Source: an uncultured Sphingomonas sp. (GTDB lineage Bacteria; Pseudomonadota; Alphaproteobacteria; Sphingomonadales; Sphingomonadaceae). Taken from it: DNA of 64,000 nt. The stretch spans positions 4,606-68,605 of the forward strand of contig CAXTJX010000005.1 of assembly GCA_964244765.1 (NCBI GenBank), written 5' to 3'. The first letter of the stretch is position 1. Each line of letters opens with the position of its first letter. This document shows positions 8,900-17,429 of the stretch, piece after piece. The position numbers were made by a program, and so were the translations under genes. Below the pieces are notes generated by a model. It saw only the letters and a program-made list of their open reading frames with translations. It did not search any database and was not told the origin of the DNA.

Positions 8900-9873
8900 G
8901 TCGAGGCCGCCCGCACCAGCACGTCGCGCAGGTCCAGGCCGGCCACGCGGTCGAGCCGCAACGCCTCGGGCTGCACCAGCACGCTGTCCTGCGCCACGTC
9001 CGACAGCAGCCAGACATTGCCACCGATGGTCGAACGTGCGCCGATCGTCACGCGGCCGAGGATCGTCGCGCCGGCATAGATCACCACGTCGTCGCCGACG
9101 ATCGGGTGGCGGGCGTGGCGTTCGCGCACATCGTCGCGCGTCGCGCCGACCGGGCTGCGCGCGCCGAGCGTGACGTGCTGGTACAGCCGCACGCGCGCGC
9201 CGACGATCGCCGTCTCGCCGATCACCACGCCGGTGCCGTGGTCGATGAAGAAGCGTTCGCCGATCGTCGCGCCGGGATGGATGTCGATGCCGGTGCGCTC
9301 GTTGGCGAGCTCGGAGATCAGCCGCGCGACGATCGGCGTGCCGAGTTCGTGCAATTCGTGCGCGATGCGGTGGTGCAGGCTGGCGATCGCGCCGGGGTAG
9401 CAGACGAGGATCTCGTCCACGCTGCGCGCCGCCGGGTCACCCAGGAACGCCGCCTCGACATCGCTGTCGATCGCGCGCCGGATGTCGCCTAGCGTGTTCG
9501 CGAACAGGCGCACGATGGTCGCGGCATGGTCGGGCTCGAACGCGCCGGCTTCGCGCTGCCAATAGCCCGCTTCGGCGCCGATCTCGCGCTCGAGATCGGT
9601 CAGCGCGGCGATCAGCTTGGCGGCGACGAACCCGTCCTCGTCGGCGGGGCCTCCGCGAAACTGCCCGAGCCGGCGCGGGTACAGCGCCGCCGAGAGCAAG
9701 GCGACGACGCGCTCCAGCGCGGCCCGCGACGGAAAGCTCGCCACGTCGCGCGCCTCGTCCTGGCGGGAACGCCACGCCGCGCGCGCGTCACGCAGCGCCG
9801 CGACCGCATCGCCGAGCGCGGGCGCGCGCCGCTCGTCGCGCGGTCTTTCGAGGTGCTGCACGGTCATCGCCAT
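8896..9873 (-). CDS. cysE: Serine O-acetyltransferase (EpsC/CysE type)
   Basis: GDPAARSVDE, TGIDIHPGATIG, FIDHGTGVVIGET, RHPIVGDDV. Confidence 0.9.
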   Translation of the reverse strand: MAMTVQHLERPRDERRAPALGDAVAALRDARAAWRSRQDEARDVASFPSRAALERVVALLSAALYPRRLGQFRGGPADEDGFVAAKLIAALTDLEREIGAEAGYWQREAGAFEPDHAATIVRLFANTLGDIRRAIDSDVEAAFLGDPAARSVDEILVCYPGAIASLHHRIAHELHELGTPIVARLISELANERTGIDIHPGATIGERFFIDHGTGVVIGETAIVGARVRLYQHVTLGARSPVGATRDDVRERHARHPIVGDDVVIYAGATILGRVTIGARSTIGGNVWLLSDVAQDSVLVQPEALRLDRVAGLDLRDVLVRAAST

Positions 9874-9888
9874 TTCGTAGCCGAGCAT

Positions 9889-9920
9889 ATCCTAGTAATC
9901 CAGTATGGATTGATAAGAAA
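9889..9920. promoter_or_regulatory. Candidate operator upstream of cysE
   Basis: Imperfect palindrome ATCCTAGTAATCCAGTATGGAT (CTAG-N7-GTAT core) in AT-rich patch. Confidence 0.4.
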
Positions 9921-9994
9921 TGCTTCGATCGCGGCAAGCGTGCCTTGGGCGTCGTCGGGGCGGCGACACCCGTCGAATCGCGGCCGGGCCGGCG

Positions 9995-10462
9995 TTACGC
10001 CGTCGCGATCTGCACGACCGCGTCGATCTCCACCGCCGCGCCGAGCGGCAGCGATGGGGCGCCGACCGCGCTGCGGGCGTGCTTGCCCGCCTCGCCGAAC
10101 AAGGCGACCATCAAATCCGACGCGCCGTTGGCGACCTTGGGCTGATCGGTGAAATCGGCGGTCGAATTGACGAACACGCCGAGCTTGACGATCCGCTCGA
10201 CCCGGTGCAGCCCGCCGAGCGCGGCCTTGATCTGCGCGACCAGCATCAGCCCGCACGCCTGCGCCGCCGCGGTGCCGCCGGCGAGATCGACCGTGTCGCC
10301 GAGCTTGCCGGTGATCAGCGCGCCGTCCTTGAACGGCAATTGGCCGGAGATGTGCAGCAGGCCGTTCGCCTCCACCGCCGGCACGTAGGACGCGACCGGC
10401 GCGGCGGGGGCGGGAAGGACGAGCCCGAGTTCGGCGAGCTTGCGGTCGATACGGTCGGTCAT
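9995..10462 (-). CDS. RidA/YjgF family protein
   Basis: HISGQLP, ANGASDL, HARSAVG. Confidence 0.9.
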   Translation of the reverse strand: MTDRIDRKLAELGLVLPAPAAPVASYVPAVEANGLLHISGQLPFKDGALITGKLGDTVDLAGGTAAAQACGLMLVAQIKAALGGLHRVERIVKLGVFVNSTADFTDQPKVANGASDLMVALFGEAGKHARSAVGAPSLPLGAAVEIDAVVQIATA

Positions 10463-10472
10463 GCGATGTCCT

Positions 10473-11117
10473 TCACAGCGGGCGGATGGCCGGACGGCCG
10501 GCGGCGAAGATGTCGGCGATCCACGCCTGCGCCTCCCGCCAATCGTCGATGCGGGCGTGCGCGTCGGGCGCGGCGGGGACGTTGGGGGCAAGGCTCGGTT
10601 CGGAGATCATGTGCAGCCGGTGCACCTGCGGCGCATGCTGCGCGACCGACGCGTGATGCACAGCGAGATCGTCGACGAACACCGTGACGGGGTCGCCCGC
10701 TGCCATACGATGTTCGGCCACCAGCCGCGCGACCGGATCGCCCTTGCCGCCCTGGTTGGTCTCGACCCGGTAGGCCATGTCGTGGCCGAGCAACTGCGCG
10801 ATGCGCGGCTCGCGATTATGCTCGGCGAGGTTGGTCAGGATCACCACGTCCGCCATGTCCGACAAGGCGGCGAGCGCCTCGCGCGCGTGCGGCACCAGCG
10901 TCTGGCGCTCCATCTCGCCGGGGAAGAAGCCGTCGAGCAGCCCCCACATCTCCTCGCGCGTGGGCGCCGGGCCGCCGCCGATACGCCGCATGCTGGTCGC
11001 GAAATCGCCGCCGTCGGCGGTGAAATCGATGTCGTGATGCTCGCGCAGCCACACGCCGAAATGCCGCACCATGTGGAGCAGCACCTCGTCGCAATCGCAG
11101 ATCAGCAGGCCCTTCAT
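10473..11117 (-). CDS. HAD-family hydrolase-like protein
   Basis: LICDCDEVL motif I, ILTN, FVDDL. Confidence 0.8.
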   Translation of the reverse strand: MKGLLICDCDEVLLHMVRHFGVWLREHHDIDFTADGGDFATSMRRIGGGPAPTREEMWGLLDGFFPGEMERQTLVPHAREALAALSDMADVVILTNLAEHNREPRIAQLLGHDMAYRVETNQGGKGDPVARLVAEHRMAAGDPVTVFVDDLAVHHASVAQHAPQVHRLHMISEPSLAPNVPAAPDAHARIDDWREAQAWIADIFAAGRPAIRPL

Positions 11118-11383
11118 GCGTCCAGCGCCGCCCGCGCCGCGACGATCGCTTGCGGCGGTACGTCGATCCCTTCCGCGCATGCGATGAGATCGGGCTCGTA
11201 CGCCTCGAGAAAGCCCAATGCGGCCGACAACACCACCGGCTCCGACGCGCGGGCGCGCAAATCCGCCGGGTCGAGACCGGTCGTGTCGAGCAGCCGCTGC
11301 GCGCGATCCGGCTCGCTCAGCGTCCAGACGAGGGCGCGCAACGCGATCTCCGCCGGGTCGGGGTTTGTTTTGGCGTCGCGCAT
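11114..11383 (-). CDS. DUF3572 family protein
   Basis: AEIALRALVW...RLLDTTGLDPADLR; usual neighbour of divK. Confidence 0.8.
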   Translation of the reverse strand: MRDAKTNPDPAEIALRALVWTLSEPDRAQRLLDTTGLDPADLRARASEPVVLSAALGFLEAYEPDLIACAEGIDVPPQAIVAARAALDA

Positions 11384-11431
11384 TGCGTAGGAAGACCCAT
11401 GGAACAGGAAGTGGCGGAAGCTCGGACCGAG

Positions 11432-11794
11432 GTGGCAAAAAGGGTGCTCGTTGTCGAGGACAACGAACTCAACCTCAAACTTTTCTGCGACCTGCTGCGC
11501 GCGCACGAATATGCGACGGAAGGGGTACGCGACGGGCGCGAGGCGGTGGTGCGCGCGCGCGACTTCGCGCCCGACCTGATCGTGATGGACATCCAGTTGC
11601 CACATGTCAGCGGCTACGACCTGATCGTCCAGTTGAAGGCCGACGCGGCGCTGCGCGCCATTCCGATCATGGCGGTGACCGCCTATGCCGGGCGCGAGGA
11701 CGAGGAACGCATCCGTGCGGCGGGGGCCGACGCCTATGTCTCGAAGCCGATTTCGCTGATGCGCTTCGTCGATGCGGTGGCGCGGCTGCTGTAG
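11432..11794 (+). CDS. divK: Single-domain response regulator, DivK-like
   Basis: VLVVEDNELNLKLF, PDLIVMDIQLP, AVTAYA, YVSKPI. Confidence 0.8.
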   Translation: MAKRVLVVEDNELNLKLFCDLLRAHEYATEGVRDGREAVVRARDFAPDLIVMDIQLPHVSGYDLIVQLKADAALRAIPIMAVTAYAGREDEERIRAAGADAYVSKPISLMRFVDAVARLL

Positions 11795-11797
11795 AAC

Positions 11798-11832
11798 ACG
11801 GGGGCCGGCGAGCGTGCGCTCGCGGCCCCCGT
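11798..11832. terminator. Hairpin between convergent divK and rpmG
   Basis: ACGGGGGCCG...CGGCCCCCGT. Confidence 0.55.
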
Positions 11833-11869
11833 CTTCATCCCCGCCCTCGCCCGGCTTGCCGCCGATGGC

Positions 11870-12037
11870 TTATTTGATCTTGGCTTCCTTGAACTCGACA
11901 TGCTTGCGCACGACGGGATCGTACTTGCTGAAGCTCAGCTTTTCCGTCTTGGTGCGCGGGTTCTTCTTGGTGACGTAGAAGAAGCCGGTGTCCGCCGTGC
12001 TGACGAGCTTGATCTTGACCGTGGTCGGCTTTGCCAT
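11870..12037 (-). CDS. rpmG: 50S ribosomal protein L33
   Basis: Manual translation: [55 protein letters not shown]. Confidence 0.97.
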   Translation of the reverse strand: MAKPTTVKIKLVSTADTGFFYVTKKNPRTKTEKLSFSKYDPVVRKHVEFKEAKIK

Positions 12038-12208
12038 GACCTGAATTCCTGTGACGACGAAAAAGCAAAAGCGGCGAACCGGTCGCCGCTCTCAAGCGCC
12101 GCCCGATGCCGCAGCGCGCGTGCGATGTCAAGCGCGTCGCCCGGGTCGCGGCGGTTAAGCGCCTGTTTACCGCCTCCGGCGCACGCTTCCGCGAGAGGGG
12201 GCATCTGG

Positions 12209-12772
12209 ATGGACGCATTGATGGCGGCGCTGGTCGCGGCGCTGCTGACCCAGGCGAGCGACCATACGCCGTGGACGGCAGCGCTGCTCGGCGACCGTCA
12301 TGCCGGGAAGGGCGCGGTGATCGCCGGGGCCGCGCTGGCGCTTGTGCTTGGCAACGCGCTCGGCGTCGTCGGCGGGATGCTGGTCGCGCCGTTGTTATCG
12401 CCGAACGCGCGCGACTTGTTGCTGGCGGTGGCGCTGTTCTCGGGCGGGGCGACTGCCTTCTGGCCGCCCAGGCGCGCCGAACTCGGCGCGCGGCGGCTCG
12501 GTGCGTTCGCCGCGAGCGTGACGGCGCTCGGCGTGCTCGGCTTCGGCGACCGCACGCAGTTCATCACCGCCGCGCTGGCCGCGCGCGCCACCACGCCGGC
12601 ACTGGCGGGGGTCGGCGCGGTGATCGGGGCGCTGGCGGTGATCGTTCCCGCGATCCTGCTCGGCGAGCGGCGCTGGCGCACGCTGCCGACCGGCGCGTTG
12701 CGCATCGCCGCCGCGGCGCTGCTGACGATCGGCGGTACGATCCAGGGACTGTCGGCAGTGCGGCTGATCTAG
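12209..12772 (+). CDS. TMEM165/GDT1 (UPF0016) family membrane protein
   Basis: Degenerate repeats QASDHTP and FGDRTQF; hydrophobic. Confidence 0.7.
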   Translation: MDALMAALVAALLTQASDHTPWTAALLGDRHAGKGAVIAGAALALVLGNALGVVGGMLVAPLLSPNARDLLLAVALFSGGATAFWPPRRAELGARRLGAFAASVTALGVLGFGDRTQFITAALAARATTPALAGVGAVIGALAVIVPAILLGERRWRTLPTGALRIAAAALLTIGGTIQGLSAVRLI

Positions 12773-12822
12773 GCTGATCGAGCTTGGCGATCTCGGCGAT
12801 CGAAACTTTGTCGCGCACAAGC

Positions 12823-12847
12823 GGAGCCAATCCGCTATCGGATCGTT
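12823..12847 (+). promoter_or_regulatory. EcfG (general stress sigma)-type promoter of dps
   Basis: GGAGC-N16-CGTT versus consensus GGAAC-N16/17-CGTT. Confidence 0.55.
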
Positions 12848-12880
12848 CCCGCAACGAACCCGACCCCAGGAGATTGCACC

Positions 12881-13372
12881 GTGGCCGCCGACGCACTGAA
12901 GACCCCGACCGATTTGCAACGCAACGCGACCAGGACCGTCGCCGAGTCGCTCAACACAATCCTCGCCGATTCGTTCGCCCTGTACCTGAAGACCAAGAAT
13001 TTCCACTGGCACGTCTCCGGCCCGCATTTCCGCGACTATCACCTGATGCTCGACGAGCAGGCCGCGCAGATTTTCGCCGGCACCGACGACATCGCCGAGC
13101 GCGTGCGCAAGACCGGCAACACCACGCTGCGCTCGATCGGCGACATCGCGCGGCACCAGACGACCAAGGACAACGACGCCGACTTCGTCGCGCCAGAGGC
13201 GATGCTGAGCGAATTGCGCGACGACAATCTCAAGCTGGTCGAACTGCTGCGCGAGGCGAAGGATCTGGCCGACGAGGCCAAGGACAATGCCACCAGCGGG
13301 ATGATCGACGTCTGGACCGACGAGGCCGAGCGCCGCGCCTGGTTCCTGTTCGAGGCCAGCCGCACGGGCTGA
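12881..13372 (+). CDS. dps: Dps DNA-protecting ferritin-like protein
   Basis: LYLKTKNFHWHVSGPHFRDYHLMLDE, DDIAER. Confidence 0.95.
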   Translation: MAADALKTPTDLQRNATRTVAESLNTILADSFALYLKTKNFHWHVSGPHFRDYHLMLDEQAAQIFAGTDDIAERVRKTGNTTLRSIGDIARHQTTKDNDADFVAPEAMLSELRDDNLKLVELLREAKDLADEAKDNATSGMIDVWTDEAERRAWFLFEASRTG

Positions 13373-13396
13373 GCGTCCGTTTGGAAACTCGCTAAG

Positions 13397-13499
13397 GAGC
13401 GCGTTTCGAACGGTGCCGGCCAGTACCGGCCACCCATTCAGGATAGGCTATGGGTGGCCGGAAGGGGGAGCGGGCCGGCACCGCTCGAAATGTGCCCTC
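13397..13499 (+). repeat. Palindromic repeat family A, copy 1
   Basis: CGGTGCCGGCC...CCCATTCAGGATAGGCTATGGG...GGCCGGCACCG. Confidence 0.85.
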
Positions 13500-13550
13500 G
13501 GCACATTTCCAAACAAACTCTGACGGCCCGGTCAGCGGGGGCGCACTGGC

Positions 13551-13575
13551 GGAACCTGCCGGATGCGCGCATGTT
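13551..13575 (+). promoter_or_regulatory. EcfG-type promoter of DNA ligase
   Basis: GGAAC-N16-TGTT, 8 nt before ATG. Confidence 0.5.
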
Positions 13576-13583
13576 GAGGGACG

Positions 13584-15191
13584 ATGCGCGCCTTTGCCGA
13601 CCTTCTCGACCGGTTGATCTACACGCGCTCGCGCAACGCGAAGCTCAAGCTGATCGTCGATTATCTGCGCAGCGTGCCCGACCCGGATCGCGGCTGGGCG
13701 ATGGCGGCGCTGACCGGCGAGCTCGATCTGCCGGGCGTGAAGCCGGCGGCGATCCGCGCGCTGATCGAGCAGCGCGTCGATCCGGTGTTGTTCCGCATGA
13801 GCCGCGACTATGTCGGCGACACCGCCGAGACGGTGGCGCTGCTGTGGCCGCCGCCGATGCCCTTCGGCGCGCCAGACCCGGCGCCGCTCGGCATCGCGCA
13901 GGCAGTCGACCGCCTCTCGGCGCTGTCGCGCTCGGACACGCCCGCCGCGCTCGCCGCGATGCTCGACCGGCTCGATGCCGACGAGCGCTTCGCGTTGCTC
14001 AAGATGGCGACCGGCGCGTTGCGCATCGGCGTGTCGGCGCGGCTGGCCAAGACCGCGCTGGCGCAGGGCTTCGGGCTCGATGTCGAGGCGGTCGAGGAAG
14101 TGTGGCACGGCATCGCGCCGCCCTATACCGCGCTGTTCGACTGGGCGGAGGGCAGGGGCGCACAGCCGACCGCCGCCGATGTGCCGGTGTTCCGCCCGTT
14201 CATGCTCGCCCATCCGCTCGAGGAGTTGCGCGTCGATCTTGCCGACTATGCGGCGGAATGGAAATGGGACGGCATCCGCGTCCAGCTCGTCCATGTCCCC
14301 AATGCGCAAGGGGGCCAGACGCGGCTGTACAGTCGCACCGGCGACGACGTGACCGCGAGCTTCCCCGAAGTGGCGCGCGATTTCGTCACGCCGGGCGTGC
14401 TCGACGGCGAGTTGATGGTGAAGGGCGACGCGCAAGGCGTGGCGACCGAAGAGGGCGGCGCGGCCAGCTTCAACGCGTTGCAGCAGCGGCTCGGGCGCAA
14501 GATCGTGTCGGCCAGGATGCTGGCCGAGGCGCCCGCGTTCGTGCGGCTGTACGACATCCTGTTCGACGGCGCGGAGGATCTGCGCGCGCTGCCGTGGCGC
14601 GAGCGCCGGGCGCGGCTGGAGACGTTCGCCGGGCGGCTCGACCCGGCACGGTTCGATCTCAGCACCGTCATCGCGGCGGCGGATTTCACCGCGTTGGAGG
14701 GCATCCGCGCCGGCGCGCGCGACGCGGCGATCGAGGGCGTGATGCTCAAGCGCCGCGATTCGCCGTATGTCGGCGGGCGCAAGACCGGGTTGTGGTACAA
14801 ATGGAAGCGCGACCCGCTCACCGCCGATTGCGTGATGATGTATGCGCAGCGCGGTTCCGGGCGGCGCTCGTCCTTCTACAGCGACTATACCTTCGGCTGC
14901 TGGACGGAAAGCGGCGAATTGCTGCCGGTCGGCAAGGCCTATTCGGGCATCACCGACGAGGAGTTGAAGATGCTCGACCAGTTCGTGCGGGGCCATACGC
15001 TGGCGCGCTTCGGCCCGGTGCGCGAGGTCGAGAAGACGCTGGTGCTGGAAATCGCGTTCGATTCGATCCACCAGTCGAAGCGCCACAAATCGGGCGTCGC
15101 GATGCGCTTTCCCCGCATCGCCCGCATCCGTACCGACAAGCCGGCGGCGGAAGCGGATCGGGTGGAGGCGTTGCAGCGGCTGATCACCTGA
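13584..15191 (+). CDS. ATP-dependent DNA ligase (cisplatin-damage-response type)
   Basis: EWKWDGIR, LDGEL, EGVMLK, WYKWK, MRFPR. Confidence 0.92.
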   Translation: MRAFADLLDRLIYTRSRNAKLKLIVDYLRSVPDPDRGWAMAALTGELDLPGVKPAAIRALIEQRVDPVLFRMSRDYVGDTAETVALLWPPPMPFGAPDPAPLGIAQAVDRLSALSRSDTPAALAAMLDRLDADERFALLKMATGALRIGVSARLAKTALAQGFGLDVEAVEEVWHGIAPPYTALFDWAEGRGAQPTAADVPVFRPFMLAHPLEELRVDLADYAAEWKWDGIRVQLVHVPNAQGGQTRLYSRTGDDVTASFPEVARDFVTPGVLDGELMVKGDAQGVATEEGGAASFNALQQRLGRKIVSARMLAEAPAFVRLYDILFDGAEDLRALPWRERRARLETFAGRLDPARFDLSTVIAAADFTALEGIRAGARDAAIEGVMLKRRDSPYVGGRKTGLWYKWKRDPLTADCVMMYAQRGSGRRSSFYSDYTFGCWTESGELLPVGKAYSGITDEELKMLDQFVRGHTLARFGPVREVEKTLVLEIAFDSIHQSKRHKSGVAMRFPRIARIRTDKPAAEADRVEALQRLIT

Positions 15192-15237
15192 CGCTCGACG
15201 GACGGAGCGGGGCCGTTACGGACGGCGCCTGACGCGT

Positions 15238-15426
15238 TACGCCCTTGGCGCGCTGCTGATGATCGACTCGGGCTCGGTCGGGCTGCCCGGCGATCCTGCG
15301 ACGCGGGGGCGGATCGCGGGCATCGGGTCGGCGATGTTCGTGATGGTCTGGGGCAAGCATATCGGCCGGGCGGCGCTGGTCATCGCGATTGTCGTGCTGA
15401 GGAAGCGGGCGATTTGGGGCGAGTGA
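15238..15426 (+). pseudogene. Start-less remnant of a small membrane protein gene
   Basis: Frame YALGALLMIDSG...MFVMVWGKHIGRAALVIAIVVLRKRAIWGE* with host-like codons. Confidence 0.3.
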
Positions 15427-15667
15427 CCGGGGCTCGGGGTATTCCGGGTTCTGGGAATATCGGGCGGGGCGGTGCTGATCCTGACGGGGTGACGCGGTGG
15501 AAGGTTAGGCGAAAGTTAGGGCAAAACGGCTTGCTTCGGCCGCTTCACAGATCGACATCCGGAACGGAGCGCCGGCAGACCCTCGCTTCCGAGGGTTACA
15601 ATGATGCGGCGATATCAAAGAGCGGCGGCGAGCGTGCCAGCATGCCGATGTGTAGGACAGGGGACGG

Positions 15668-16105
15668 ATGACATTTGGTGACCGGACCCCGGATACCGTT
15701 CCGCCCTCGGCCAGGATCGACGCGCGCATCGCCGAGCTGGACGACTGGCGCGGCGCGATGCCGGCGCGGGTGCGGGGCCTCATCAAGCAGGCGCTGCCGG
15801 ACGTGGTCGAGGCGTGGAAATGGCGCGGGGTGCCGGTGTGGTATGGCCGCGGCATGATCTGCACCGGCGGACCTACAAGACGGCGGTCAAGCTGACCTTC
15901 GCGAAGGGCGCTGCGTCGGACGACCCGGGCCGGACTGTTCAAGGCGAGCCTCGACGGCAACGTCCGCCGCGCGATCGATCTGCACGAACGAGACACGGTG
16001 GACGAGGCGGCGCTGCTCGCTTTGTTCCGCGCGGCGGCGGCGCTGAACGCGGCGAAGGGGAAGGGGTTAGGAGTGGTGTGGCTTGTTTGCTACGTCCGCT
16101 CTTGA
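15668..16105 (+). pseudogene. DUF1801 family gene with two frameshifts
   Basis: ARIDARIAELDDWRG, WKWRGVPVW, ICTG / TYKTAVKLTFAKGA / GLFKASLDGNVRRAID split across frames. Confidence 0.8.
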
Positions 16106-16110
16106 TGAAG

Positions 16111-16431
16111 GCTGTGTGAGGACGGCTTGCGAGGATGGGTGAGCGACGCGCGAGTATGCCGGCTCAGGCCTGCATCGCTGTCATCGGCTTCGGGCTCCAG
16201 GGAGGGCGATGGCGCGCTCGATGCCGCCCCACCATCGAAGCCGAGCTCGCCCAAGTCCAGCGCGTCGACGAACATATCGACCACACGAACCGCGCCGTCC
16301 CCCGCCCCACGATCGTCGATGCAGTCAGGCGGCAGCAGCCTCTGCCGCCGCTCGCTTGCTTCGATGAAACAACTCATCCGGCGCCTCCACCAGCACCGGA
16401 ACACCATCATATCAGCATGTTTCCACACAGC
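16111..16431 (-). mobile_element. Internally deleted IS1182-family element (MITE-like)
   Basis: Ends GCTGTGTGAGGAC and GTTTCCACACAGC; transposase N-terminus MSCFIEASERRQRLLPPDCIDD...VRVVDMFVDALDLGELGF from ATG 16377. Confidence 0.7.
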
Positions 16432-16460
16432 ATCGGTGGGGAGCGGTCGTTGCTACGTAG

Positions 16461-16599
16461 CCCTCTCCCGCCTCCGCGCGAGAGGGTTGGGTGAAGGCCT
16501 TCTTCTTCGCACGTTCGACAGCGCAAAACCCTCACCGACCGCGACCAGGCAACAAGCTGCCAAGTCTTCATAGCCTCTCCCGCGAAGGCGGGAGAGGGC
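16461..16599. repeat. Palindromic repeat family C (CTCCCGC-N4-GCGGGAG type)
   Basis: CCCTCTCCCGCCTCCGCGCGAGAGGG...CCTCTCCCGCGAAGGCGGGAGAGGG; related to 36173-36271. Confidence 0.7.
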
Positions 16600-16634
16600 G
16601 AAGGGAATGTCTGCAATGGCGCCGAAAGCAGCCC

Positions 16635-17144
16635 CTATTTCGTCCAGCTCGCCAGCCAGTCCGCCAGCGCTTGCGGGCTGAGCGAGCGGGCGTCGGCGAG
16701 GGCCGCGGTACGGCCCGGGTTGCGCAAGCGGTCGGTGCGCGGATCGACGATCAGCACGCTGGGGACGCCGCCGCCGAAATGGTCCTTCAGGCCATAATGC
16801 GCGGCGATGTCGAGGTTCTTGTCGAAACGGCCGACATCGACGGTGACGACCTCATACTGTTTCGCCAGGAAGCTGCGCAGGTCGGGCAATGCCATCGTGC
16901 CGGCGAGCAAGCGGCAATCGAGGCACCAGTTGCCGCCGAGGTCGATCAGCAGCAGCTTGTGCGCCGCCTTGGCGCGCGCGCCGGCGGCGGCGACCCCGGC
17001 CTTGGCGTCGGCGGTTTCGTCATAGGGCAGCGGCAGCGGGGTGGGGAGTTGCGCGAAGCTGGTCGCGGCGACCTTCGGCGCGGGCGCGGCGGTCGCCGGC
17101 GCGACGAGGGCGGCAGCGAGCAGGGCGATGAAGGCAAGGCGCAG
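16635..17144 (-). CDS. Exported thioredoxin-family protein
   Basis: Signal peptide, DLGGNWCLDC, GVPSVLIVD; apparent CTG start. Confidence 0.8.
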   Translation of the reverse strand: MRLAFIALLAAALVAPATAAPAPKVAATSFAQLPTPLPLPYDETADAKAGVAAAGARAKAAHKLLLIDLGGNWCLDCRLLAGTMALPDLRSFLAKQYEVVTVDVGRFDKNLDIAAHYGLKDHFGGGVPSVLIVDPRTDRLRNPGRTAALADARSLSPQALADWLASWTK

Positions 17145-17211
17145 GGGGAGTTCCTTTCGGCAAATATAGAACCGGTCGGCACGCCGCCATCGGAGGACGA
17201 CTTTATCAACC

Positions 17212-17321
17212 CCGTCACCCCGGACCTGTTCCGGAGGTTCCCCGGGCGGCGAGGTTGCGGCCCGGATATGAACGTCAGCCCGCTTGGCTCGGAGGACCCC
17301 GGAACAGGTCCGGGGTGACGG
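17212..17321. repeat. Palindromic repeat family B, copy 1
   Basis: CCGTCACCCCGGACCTGTTCCGG...CCGGAACAGGTCCGGGGTGACGG. Confidence 0.85.
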
Positions 17322-17371
17322 ATTGAGCGGCACTCTTCATCCCGCAGGTCGAGCTATTGCCACCGCCCAAG

Positions 17372-17402
17372 AAAAACCCGGCGGGCCAAGAGCCCACCGG
17401 GT
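17372..17402 (-). terminator. Rho-independent terminator of cold-shock gene
   Basis: ACCCGGTGGGC-loop-GCCCGCCGGGT-TTTT on minus strand. Confidence 0.75.
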
Positions 17403-17429
17403 CCGTCTCTCATCGTCCGATCGTACCGC

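Noticed and set aside
12040-12208. yybP-ykoY Mn riboswitch before the TMEM165 gene (and before terC); CtrA-like TTAA-N7-TTTAC at 12155
   Set aside because: Riboswitch consensus not seen; the CtrA match is single, imperfect and unsupported
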